From the NCBI RefSeq assembly GCF_006345805.1, contig NC_043009.1, forward strand, positions 71,362,001 through 71,426,000: a stretch of DNA of 64,000 nt, read 5' to 3'. The position numbers were made by a program, and so were the translations under genes. The DNA comes from Octopus sinensis. Taxonomy: Eukaryota. The notes beneath the pieces were generated by a model. The model saw only the letters and a list, made by a program, of their open reading frames with translations, was not told the DNA's origin and made no database searches. This document shows positions 53,969 to 64,000 of this stretch, piece by piece (position 1 is the first letter of the stretch; each line of letters opens with the position of its first letter).

Positions 53969-54004
<36 letters not shown>

Positions 54005-55320
54005 GCACACACAATAGGTGACGGCCACCAGTAAAATTATCCAAATTATGTATCAGTGTGTGGGCGCCGTTGAATGTTTGGTTGGTGAAATAAACACAAA
54101 AACAAACTTCGAGAATTATGTTAATGAAAACGATAAAAATCTTGCCTTGTAATTAATCTCAGAAATATTTGACAGATTAGTGGAGATTTGCATTGATATA
54201 ACAGCAGGATTCGAAAAATGTTGAGCTTGAAAGACCGTGGTGAGAAACTGTGTTCCTGTGACTATTGACGAGTAGAACAACGATGTTGGAAGGGGAGTAG
54301 TTATAACTTGCGTTTCCAAGTTGAGCGATCGTCAGAATCTTGAAGACTGTGAGTGAATGATAGATTGGGGATTGAAGGCAAAGCATGTTGGAACCAAACA
54401 ATAAATGGGCAAATAATTTGAAATTTGCAAAAGCGACGGGGCAAATACAGGCTGGTGTACAGAAATTACCAAATGGTGCCAGAGAGAATATTTTTTTTTA
54501 AATGCAGTAAAACAGGAGATGCCAAATAGCTGAAATCGATATCTGAAGATTGTCACAAGGACACAGATTTGGTGCGGGGCCTCGATGATGGAACGGTCCC
54601 CGATGCTTGAATGATAGTTTATTTCTTAGCCTCCGGAAAGATAAAGGACAAAGTTGAATCTCAGCGGGATTTGAACTCAGGAGTAAAATGACGTCACTAA
54701 ATACAGTAAGTCGTTTCGTCCGATATTCTAATGATTCTATCAATTCACACGCGTCAGAGATGATGATGATGACGAGGAGGAGGGGAGAGGGGAGGGAGTC
54801 AGGAAGGAGTGGTACTTGGCATCGGGTCACGACGACTGTTTGAGAGAGGACAAGAGCGTCATTCTCTTTGAATTTTTGAAACGTATCGTGAACAGCGAGC
54901 GATATAACGGAATCACTGAAGAACTTAAGGAATCGATTAGGAGGACGGAGCTGAACAAGAATCTGAAAACGATCGACATTCTTTGGGACAGTGTTCCACT
55001 ACACACATCATTGGAAACAAATCAGGTTATCGGTTAATTGATTTGGTCAGTGACTCGTATCCACCTTCCACTCCGTATCTGGAATCCTCTGCTGCATAGA
55101 CCACAGCTTCTGTTATTACATTGACTATTCACTGGGCACTCACATCCGACCAACAATTCTGAAGAATTGTCAATATTGCCAAGTGTAATAATCGGCACGA
55201 AACCGACGCCAACATTGAAATGCCAGAACCAGAAATATAATCCTTGACAATATTAAAGTGTAACCTCTCACTTTCGTTTAGCGTCTTCTTTTAATTTTTT
55301 GACTTATGAACAATTAACCG

Positions 55321-55360
<40 letters not shown>
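52310..55360. repeat. Near-identical ~1.5 kb tandem duplication bounded by (GT)n
   Basis: Identical ORFs at 53319 and 54816 (offset 1497); apart from GT tract lengths, only isolated 1-bp indels were seen between units. Confidence 0.93.
53355..53610 (+). pseudogene. Mariner catalytic-domain fragment (duplicated at 54852-55107)
   Basis: VILFEFLK..VNSERY...LKESIRR...ILWDSVPLHTS resembles the mariner INSERY...LLHDNARPHT region. Confidence 0.6.
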
Positions 55361-55365
<5 letters not shown>

Positions 55366-55373
55366 CACATACA

Positions 55374-56227
55374 CGAGGTCTGATCAATACGTATCCGGAC
55401 TGTAACGAAGCTAAAACATGTAGAGTAAAGCCGCTGGGCAAAAATTGACCAAGAACTCTGCCGTGCATACGTTCTAGCTCACTTCCGCTGCTTACAGCAG
55501 TGCTTGGTAGGAAGGTGTGTAGCGTGCGATCATCGCATTGACCATGACAGAGAAAGCTTTCATGGCGATACCTGCTCAGAGGCCTACACTAAGTTGCAGA
55601 AAATGTACAGAAAGGAGTGTATGAGACGCGCCCAAGTGTACGAGTGGTTCAGACGTTCACAAGATGGCCGAAAAATGCCGATACTGTCGAACATTCTGGG
55701 AGACTCGCAACCAGCAGAACTGAGAAAAACATCACAGATGTGCGTGCAACTGAGAGGGGAAATCGTCGAATCACCATCCGTGAGTTATCAGAGGATGTGC
55801 AGATTAGTTACGGTTCAATTCAGTCCATTATTACTGTAGATTTGGATATGAGACGCGTATCTGCCAAGTTTGTGTCAAATCTGCTTTCAGCTGACCAAAA
55901 CGACACTCGGGATTCGTTGATTGCGTCGAGAACGATAAAAACTTTTTGAAAACTTTGCTTAGGCTTCTGAGCAGTTATCGCCAAGCTTTTGGCAAAATTT
56001 GATGCAGATTCTCTGCTCAGCTTTTGCTGTCATGGTCAATGCGACGATCAAATGCTACACACCTTCCTTCCAAACACTGCTGTAAACAGTTCAAGAGAGT
56101 TAGAACGTTAAAACGTATTGCGCATGCACAGCAGAATTCCTGGTCAATCTGTGCCAAGCGGTTTTACTCTGAGTGTTTTAGCTTCGTTACTATAGCAGCA
56201 GTCCGGATACTTATTGATCAGACCACG
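55374..56227 (+). mobile_element. Non-autonomous mariner element made of two inverted left ends (copy B)
   Basis: Same TIRs and same internal junction as 19462-20323, in the opposite orientation; encodes KECMRRAQVYEWFRR and EHSGRLATSRTE..ITIRELSEDVQISYGSIQSII. Confidence 0.9.
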
Positions 56228-56553
56228 TAGATATCATTGATGAGGGAAACAGAAGATGGATTTAGTACGAATCTTTATTCGGCACGAGGATCATTTCGGC
56301 CCATGCTACAGCTGCCCCTAGGGGGGGGTCACTTCAGGTACTTGGTGTAAAAAATGATGTCGCACTATTATAATTATAAACTCAACAAACACTGCAGATT
56401 TCCTGACGTAAGACCCAGTAAAAACTATATCGGAACTGTGGGTGACATCAGGTAGCCCAAACGGTGAACGTGCTTTAATCGGCATACTAATAGACATATA
56501 TCCAAAGTTCACACACACACACACATATAAATATATGTGTGTGTGTATGTATA

Positions 56554-56880
56554 TCTATATATGTAAAACAGAGGATGTGTGTCTGTCTGTGTGCTTGATT
56601 TCAATGAAATTTTATACATGTATTACTAAGTGTCCATGGAGTATCATGGGTCAAAAAGAGTTTCAACTTCTTACCTAATGCGGGCCCAGGAGCAGATAAA
56701 CTGCATTTTTAAAGCATTTTCGCAGCGTTAAGGCCCGTAACTTGAAGAGTATCCAATCACTTTTCCTCCAGATCTGCAACAAACCTTAATGAAGTTCCTC
56801 GAATTGCTGTTAACTAAAAAAATTTCGGACGCCAACCATGCCCCTCACCAAAAAAGTGCAGATTAATCAGATTTGAGTAT
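56554..56880 (+). mobile_element. Helitron-like 5' end fragment
   Basis: A|TCTATATATGTAAAA..GATGTGTGTCTGTCTG, typical of metazoan non-autonomous Helitron 5' termini; right boundary uncertain. Confidence 0.45.
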
Positions 56881-56904
56881 ACTGCACGAAATTTTGGGGG
56901 AGGT

Positions 56905-57245
56905 AACCAGATCGACCCCAGTACGCAACTGGTACTTAATTTCTCGACCCCGAAAGGATGAAAGGCAAAGTCGACCTCGGCGGAATTTGATCTCAGAACG
57001 TAAAGACAGACGAAATACCTATTTCTTTACTACCCACAAGGGGCTAAACATAGAGGGGACAAACAAGGACAGACAAACGGATTAAGTCGATTATATCGAC
57101 CCCAGTGTGTAACTGGTACTTAATTTATCGACCCCGAAAGGATGAAAGTCGACCTCGGCGGAATTTGAACTCAGAACGTAACGACAGACAAAATACCGAT
57201 AAGCATTTCGCCCGGCGCGCTAACGTTTCTGCCAGCTCGCCATCT
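56905..57245 (-). mobile_element. Two head-to-tail tRNA-derived SINE copies
   Basis: Core CCCCGAAAGGATGAAAG..GTCGACCTCGGCGGAATTTGA occurs twice (~56948 and ~57132). Confidence 0.85.
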
Positions 57246-57869
57246 TCTAACAGTAAAATCTTGATACTACTTATGCATTATAAGTAGCGTATAATATTTC
57301 ATGAAAATCTTTTTGTCCAATTTGGCACAAGAAATGATAAGAGCATTAAAATTTTGGTCGGTGCCCTGTTGATGTTTCATGTTATCAATCCGCGCGCCAC
57401 CGGGCCATGTGTGTATATGTGCAGCTGGGTAAAGGCACAAAAACCCATTCATCCATTCTCCAGAAGTGCCCTGTTGATATTTCACGTTTCCAATCCTGCA
57501 CAATGCAGCATGACGCAGCAGCATAACTGCTTTCTATGTCATCCATGCCTGAACTTTATAATGCAAAATGTTCATACAAAAAACAAAACTGCTGTTGTGA
57601 CTCACAGCCATTTGAGTTCGACCGCTTCCGAAAACTACACTCGCCACCTCTTCCCTTCCTTGTTTAGTCGGAGTGAAATCGGATGCATTTTTTTAAAACT
57701 CACTTTTATCAAAATTTATCATGTTTAACACGTGTTAAAAGTGTAAAAATTTTGAATTTTGTTTCTAATTTTATTTTTATTCCAGTTGGATCCCTCTTAT
57801 TTGTCCATGACAGCTTTTTTCCAATTTGGCAGCAATCAATTTCCTTACCTCCGTCCCCAAAATGTAGCA

Positions 57870-58123
57870 ATCGTTTATCTGAGCTTAAAGAACACATTCG
57901 GTTGGCAGTGCAGGAGCTAACTTCTGAAATGCTTCAAAATGCGATTCACAATGCTAAGGAGAGACTTGAAGTAGGGAGACAGACATGTTGGAAATTTTCA
58001 ATAAAAGTTTAACGTAAGATTTATAAATCTATTTGTTTTGGTAATAGACATAAAATTCTGTCAGTTTTTGTTTGTTTTTAATTTGCTCAATTTCCTTGAA
58101 ACAATTAATTCTGGAACACCCTG
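57870..58123 (+). pseudogene. 3' end of a rosa-like Tc1/mariner element
   Basis: LSELKEHIRLAVQELTSEMLQNAIHNAKERL C-terminal helix pattern, then TIR TTCTGGAACACCCTG. Confidence 0.55.
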
Positions 58124-58339
58124 AATGGTGCAGCGTTGTTAGTTGTTGCGTTGCTCAACTAAATATTAAAGTCAAGGGTCTTCTCACTGTAAATATCCCA
58201 ACTTTTTGTTAAGAATATATTGGGGTGGGTGGGGGTATCAATGAAGAGAGAAGGTGTTTAGGAGTGAAGAGAGGTCGTAGATTTCAGAGGAAGAGAGGAG
58301 AGGTGGGTAAGAGTGAAGAGAGAAAGTAGGTGTCAGATG

Positions 58340-59280
58340 AAGAGAGGAGGGGAGTTGAGTCCATGTGACGCAAAAGTGCGAAGATTAATACTTGTTCACG
58401 GCAAAGACGGGAATCCAGATGGCCCCCTGTGCTAAGACATTCCGAACACAGACGGGTGTTGTAGTGAATGACCGGCAGAACGGAAATGGCGCGAGACCGG
58501 TGTACCATTGCCGAGTATGATGTTTCGGAGGTGCTCTGAGAACCGGTCAGCCAAGCGGCATCCCGTTTGACCGATGTGCAGAAAAGGGCAGAAAGAGCAG
58601 GAGATGCAGTAAGTGACGTTGCTAGAAGTGCAGGAAAAGGAGTCAGTGATATGATTGGGGCGATGGTGGGCGCCTGTGAGGATGGTAGTGTTGGAAAGAT
58701 AGGACAAGTGCGGTAGCGTGGTCGGGAGCAGGGAACGAGCCAGGTTGGGAGGTGAGGTTAAGGAAGAAACTGTGGACCAGGAGGTCACGCAGGTTGTGGG
58801 ATCGTTTTAAGGAGGGAAGGGGTAGGTTGGGGAGGATGTGCTAGGTGGTGGGGTCGAACTGGAGCCACTGGAAGGCTCGGAGAATGGTGCGTTGGCGGGG
58901 CAGGATGGAAGGGTGGTAGGTGAGGGGAAACGGGAGACGGGCAACAGCGGGGCGGGTGCAGGGAAAGAGAGAAGAGCCACGATCCACGGAACGTGCTCTG
59001 GCAAAGGTTGTGTGGATTGTGGTGAGGCGATATCCATGAAGGATGAAGCGGCGAGCCATGAGTTGAGACTGAGTCTCAAAGTCGTGGTTGTCACTGCAGA
59101 GCCTGCGCAGAGGAAGAAATTTGGAGTAGGGGATGGAGAGCTTGGTGTGGGTAAGGTAGGAGGAGGAGAAGTTAAGGTATAAGTGTGAGTCGGTGTGTTT
59201 GTAGAGGATGGAGGTAGTGAGTGGTGTACGTTGACCGAAATGTCGAGAAATGCGACAGAAGTGTTGGAAATAGTGCAGAA
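58340..59280 (-). mobile_element. Penelope-like element: RT C-terminus and GIY-YIG endonuclease, frameshifted
   Basis: SVAFLDISV, YKHTDSHLYL, SIPYSKFL..RRLCS, CTSSNVTYCISC..C..HIGQTG.RLADRFSEH, VSRHF and REQVLIF. Confidence 0.9.
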
Positions 59281-59559
59281 TTCGGAGTCAAAATGGAAAG
59301 ATTGGCACATTTGACGGATGGGTGTATTTTCCATAAATTCTTGCACATGATTCTTTCTTGTAAAGTAGATAATCTCCATATTGACAGCCTGCTGTCCACC
59401 AATTACAATAAAAGTGGAATAATAAAATTATAAACCAATGATAAGATTTTTTTAAAAATCTAATGTGAGATCGAATATTCGTTTGGAATCTTCTGCCTAC
59501 TTTTTTTTTCATTTTATTTTATATTCATTTTTTTCTATTTTAAACAGAAAATGAATGTA

Positions 59560-60050
59560 ATGATTTCTGATTTCGCACAAGACTAGCAATTTGAAATCAA
59601 CACCACCGTTTGACTGGCACTTCATTTGAACGACTTCTTTCAGAGGATAAAAGGCAAAGTCGACCTCGACAAGATTTAAACAGGACGTAAAGATCCAGAA
59701 CAAATACGGTAAAACATTCCGTTTGAAGCGGTGACAATTTTATCAATTCAATAACAATAGTTAGAATCATAATAATAATTATAATAATAATAATATAATA
59801 ATAATAATAATTATTATTATTATTATTATTATTATTTCTGCTCAAGGCACAAGGCCTTAAAAATTTGGGGGAAGGGGGCTAGTCGATTACATTGACCCCA
59901 GTGCGTAACTGATAATTATTTCATCGACCCCCGAAAGAATAAAGGGCAAAGTCGACCTCGGTGGAATTTGAACTCAGAACGTTACGACGAGCGAAAGGAC
60001 GCTAAGCATTTCGTCCAGCGTGCTATCAACTCAGCCAGCTCACCACCTTA
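59560..60050 (-). mobile_element. Two tRNA-derived SINE copies separated by (TAA)/(TTA) repeats
   Basis: AAGGCAAAGTCGACCTCG cores at ~59652 and ~59944. Confidence 0.75.
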
Positions 60051-60051
60051 C

Positions 60052-60094
<43 letters not shown>

Positions 60095-60099
60095 GTAAC

Positions 60100-60960
60100 A
60101 AAGGCCGCAAGAAGAGGACATTTAAGACAAAGCAAAGACAAAGCAAAGACAAAGGACGAGTAAACTAAAAATAAAACAATAAGAATGAGCAAGAAAACTA
60201 TAAAAGAACAAAAGTTGCCCAATAGTGGAGAGCATCATCCAAGAGTAATCAAAGAACTCCATATATCTTGGGACACCACGACCGCTAAGAGTATATCCTG
60301 GGCCAACCCGACCGCCCACTGGTTTCCCATTTGGTTTCTCCATCTTACAAGCTCCACCTTAGAGTAGACTCACTCACTTGAACCACCCTTGCTACATTCA
60401 CCCACCTTTCAACAAATTTTCTGGACGGTAGCAAATCTCTCTCTCTCCATCCTCATCTTCTTTTGCGAGTGGAAACTGAAAAGAAGTTGATTGTAAGGGT
60501 GGGGAGTCTTGACTGAAAAAGAAAGTGTCTGTCTTGTCTTCAGTCCCTTCAGCTGTGTCCACCACAGGGTTTTCCACTATACTCACTAGAAAGAGAAAAA
60601 AATACCGCCTGCCCCTCCCGACCAAAGGAAGGCGATGAGACGATCTTCTCGATGAAATCGGCCGATACCTGGATCCGCCCTGTACGTGACAGCGGCTGTT
60701 CCCCATAACTCCACACATCAGTAATGCTCGATCACTGTACGAACGCATTCAAGACAGTTTCGTTGTTCTGCCTGCATCTCGGACAAGTGCAGCGGACGGC
60801 ACAACGATGCGTGTAAAGTTTATCTCAAACCGGCAATGCCCTCTACCCCGGCAATTTCTAGGAATAACCCATAGGGCCCGACCTGAAAATCGTTCAGAAA
60901 AGACCAACCAGTTGATTTTCATCGACGCTCAAAGACGTCGTCCCTGAAGGATGTCGACGC
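60100..60960 (-). mobile_element. Tx1/L1-clade LINE 3' region (zf-RVT cysteine motif and 3' UTR)
   Basis: ALPV.DKL..TCPRCRQNNETVLNAFVQ; C-terminus homologous to 31385-31600. Confidence 0.75.
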
Positions 60961-62454
60961 TCAGTTACAGCAGACAGCTATGAAGACAAAGGCGAATAAA
61001 TTCAACATGAAGCAATAAAGCTTGTAGAGGCCATGAAGCATTCCTGGCAATTTGAGCCTCGCCTCATCACTCAAAGTATCCGTTACTTTAAATGCTGAAA
61101 TAACGTTTCTCAGAGTTTTGTGTCTCTCTGCCAAGAGTAGCGATAGAAATCGTCAAGGCATCAAACTCCTCCGTGTACAATTCGATTAAATCCGTCCAGT
61201 AAAATCGTGTCTAAAAACCCCGCGTTCTTGCTCCGAATCTGATAGCAAGATCCTGCTGTCGTCTTTCAGAGGCCCAAATGTTGATGTGCTACCACCTGGA
61301 CCCATTGAACAAACAATTCGATTGGTCCTTTGGAAGCCCTGACACCACCCGATGCTTCGTTATGTATGACACTTCATTCGCCCGATTTGTTTCGGTCCAA
61401 GCACCATTGGCTGTTGCAGACGAGCGGCATTTCTTGGTGTTACTGCTGTGTTCGTTTTTGCTCTTGTTCTTGTTAATGATGATGATGATGATGACGACGA
61501 CGACGACGACGATGATGGTGGTAGTGGTGGTGTCATTTATTTCGTTCGACATTTCACTGACATCCCCAACCTTTTTGTTTTTTTGTCTCGGCAAAATGTT
61601 GATATCTCAGTCGTTTCCGCCCTCATCTTGGCTGTATTTGCCACGATTGTTCGAGTTGTTTCTCTTGTTGATGTTTTTAGCTGTGGTGGTGACTGTTGCT
61701 ATTGAAATCTTCGGTAAAAATCATTTTTTACTCTTTGACAATCAAAATTTTCAAGGCAGAAGAGCTTCAGTGTTCTCACTACCCCACTTCTCAAGGTTAT
61801 CTCCCTCTACTCTTCCCTCTTCAAACATCAAACTTGACATTTTTAATATAATGTTCGTCAGTTGGCTGCAAACGTTCAGATTAAAGAACCGTGTCTCCCA
61901 CGTCAATTAGTTGAAACAGAGAGCTTTTAAAACCTCTTTCTTCTGAGATTCATGGAATATGACACCATTATGCTAACGTTACCCGCATACACCAACACAA
62001 CTCTCTCGAGTCCTGGTTCGGAAGATATGCTTCTCATCAGACTTAATTTCCATAACAGCAGTTCGAGAGTCGGTGCATACTAAAGAAATGAAAGATGTCC
62101 CATCTGACGGACTGGGCAGGTCGTATGTTCCGACTGTAAGCTGTTCATACTGACACCTGAGAAAATGGCACCATGTTGAAATAAGCCTCCCAATCGAAAG
62201 CTTTAAATTGATCAGTATGAGTGAATTCACTTGGCCTTTCAATCTTTTGAAGGCGATAAAGAAAAACGAGATTCGGTGCAATCGACTACACCGTGGGACG
62301 CAATGCATTTGAATGACTGTAATCTGATAACTAGAAACAGAAAAAAATGTAAGTTACACACTCACACACAAATACATACATACATACATACATACATACA
62401 TACATACATACATACATACATACATACATACATACATACATAAACACATATATC

Positions 62455-63000
62455 CCAAGAGAAGGTGTCCGAACAAGTCTGAGATGTGGCCTTAAAGCTG
62501 GAAGAGAAGACGGCCTAAGTCGGCGGATGATTAACGCCTCGTCTGCAGCCGCTCAACGCCACCCACATCTGAGCCCTTATCATCGGCTTTTTGCAGCGCT
62601 TCGTGCCTTCTGCTGTGAATAGCAGTAGCCCGACCAAGCAAGCTCTGAAGTTCACTATCGCCTCCAACTTTCTCTCATCCTTAGAAAGCCACAAACATTT
62701 GGTCGAAACCGAACATCAAGCACCCGTTCTCATTCATTAAAGACAGAATTGTAGATTTGTTTTGTCGTTGCATCTCCGCCACTCAGGTCCGTATCCAGCA
62801 GTTTTTATTGATTCGTTTCTTTGAGTCGATTTTGAATTTCGTGTTGATGAAACGGTTGAATGCCTTTCTCGCCACTTGCACATCGGTTGTAATACCTTTT
62901 CCTAATCACCTCTACTAAGTTCCTCACTACACCACCACCCCATTCTCATCAATTTTCCTCCGTTCTACTTTAAATGTTTTCTTCAGGACGCTCCATCATC
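62455..63000 (-). mobile_element. Degraded Tx1/L1-clade RT N-terminal fragment
   Basis: VWVALSGCRRG...DLFGHLL resembles the EV..AL....GKSPGLDG..DLFG region. Confidence 0.45.
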
Positions 63001-63116
63001 GATTGCTGATGGAATGGGTGACTTGGGCGTAGCTGATTTGGCGCCAGCCATTTGGCACAACCGCTTCGGCACTAAATCTATTTAGACGATGGATGTTTTG
63101 GCGACGGTATTGAAAG

Positions 63117-63335
63117 ATGGTGAGCTGGCAGAAATGTTAGCATGCCAGGCGAAATGCTTAGCGGCATTTCGTTCTGAGTTCAATTCCGCCGAGGTCGACT
63201 TTGCCTTTCATCCTTTCGGGGTCGATAAATTAAGTACCAGTTATGCACTGGGGTCGATGTAATTGACTTAATACCTATGTCTGTCCTTGTTTGTCCCCTC
63301 TATGTTTAGCCCCTTGTGGGTAATAAAGAAATGGA
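63117..63335 (+). mobile_element. Full-length tRNA-derived SINE with TSD
   Basis: Same family as 18480; flanked by TATTGAAAG at 63108-63116 and 63336-63344. Confidence 0.9.
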
Positions 63336-63499
63336 TATTGAAAGTAGACGCGCACAGCAAGAGAGAGATAGAAAGCGAGGTAGGGTATTATTATGCAATG
63401 CTTAAGTATGTATATATATAAAGAGAGTGAGAGGAAAAAGAGAAGGGAGAGAGAGAAAAATTAAACTGCGACACATAAAACTATAAAACTTGAACGACT

Positions 63500-64000
63500 C
63501 GTCAGTGTAGCAAGAATCTATGTGCAAAGTCTCTAGAATTTGAGAATGTTATGCGAGTGGTTGTCTCAGCCATCAGTTTTATAAAATCTCGAGCACTTAA
63601 TCATCGCCAGTTTAAAGAATTCTTATTGGGTCTTTGTGTCTAATAAAGAATTAAGTTTAAAGAGTTCTTAGAAGGACTTGAATCAGTGTATGGTGAACTT
63701 GTTTACTATTGTACAGTTCATTGGCTGAGTAAAGGGAAGACGCTTCAACGGTTTTATAGCCCGAGAGAAGAGGTACCTTCTTAGAAAGGAAGAGTAAATT
63801 TGTTCCTGAAAAAGGATGACTGGATTTGTAATCGTGCATTCCTCGTGCATATAACTACTCATTTAAATGATTTAAATTTAAAATTGCAGAAGCAAAATCA
63901 GTTAATTCATGAGATGTATTCTCATGTCAAAACTTTCCAAACAAAAACCTCAAATTTGGGAGAATCAAGGGAGGACTGGCGATACTTTCCATTTCCCCAC
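63500..64000 (+). pseudogene. hAT transposase fragment, SPIN/GTF2IRD2 (Buster/Charlie)-like, running off the window edge
   Basis: CAKSLEFENVMRVVVSAISFIKSRALNHRQFKEFL, VYGELVYYCTVHWLSKGKTLQRF and AFLVHITTHLNDLNLKLQKQNQLIHEMYSHVKTF. Confidence 0.88.

Noticed and set aside
61278-62320. 210-aa plus-strand ORF and possible Tx1 ORF1 on the minus strand
   Set aside because: The plus ORF is low-complexity and looks like antisense read-through; the minus-strand ORF1 resemblance is too degraded to support.

Overview
AT-rich eukaryotic intergenic/intronic DNA, saturated with microsatellites ((TA)n, (TG)n, (TACA)n, (GA)n, (TAA)n, (GAA)n) and transposon debris. The repeat landscape strongly resembles an octopus (coleoid cephalopod) genome; this is an inference from recalled SINE/LINE families. 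No intact host protein-coding gene is supported, and almost all ORFs in the track are microsatellite read-through. Recognisable elements: a (TAA)n-nested stack of three 5'-truncated R4/Dong non-LTR retrotransposons alternating with a ~550 bp non-coding element (1.4-8.5 kb); a second, older R4-like family; RTE, Tx1/L1 and Penelope (RT + GIY-YIG) remnants; mariner, maT-like and rosa-like Tc1/mariner fossils; two copies of a mariner MITE built from two left ends; an intact hAT MITE with an 8-bp TSD; a SPIN/GTF2IRD2-like hAT fragment; Helitron-like ends; many tRNA-derived SINEs; a 29-bp minisatellite; two (GT)n-bounded tandem duplications; and a U2 snRNA 5' fragment. The most notable signal is a set of type I hammerhead ribozyme motifs, mostly in (TA)n-flanked non-coding inserts. 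Three of them lie in a 3.7 kb inverted + tandem, microsatellite-filled element (44.85-48.6 kb) whose architecture matches a non-autonomous Penelope-like element or large retrozyme with a ~1.8 kb ribozyme-to-ribozyme monomer.
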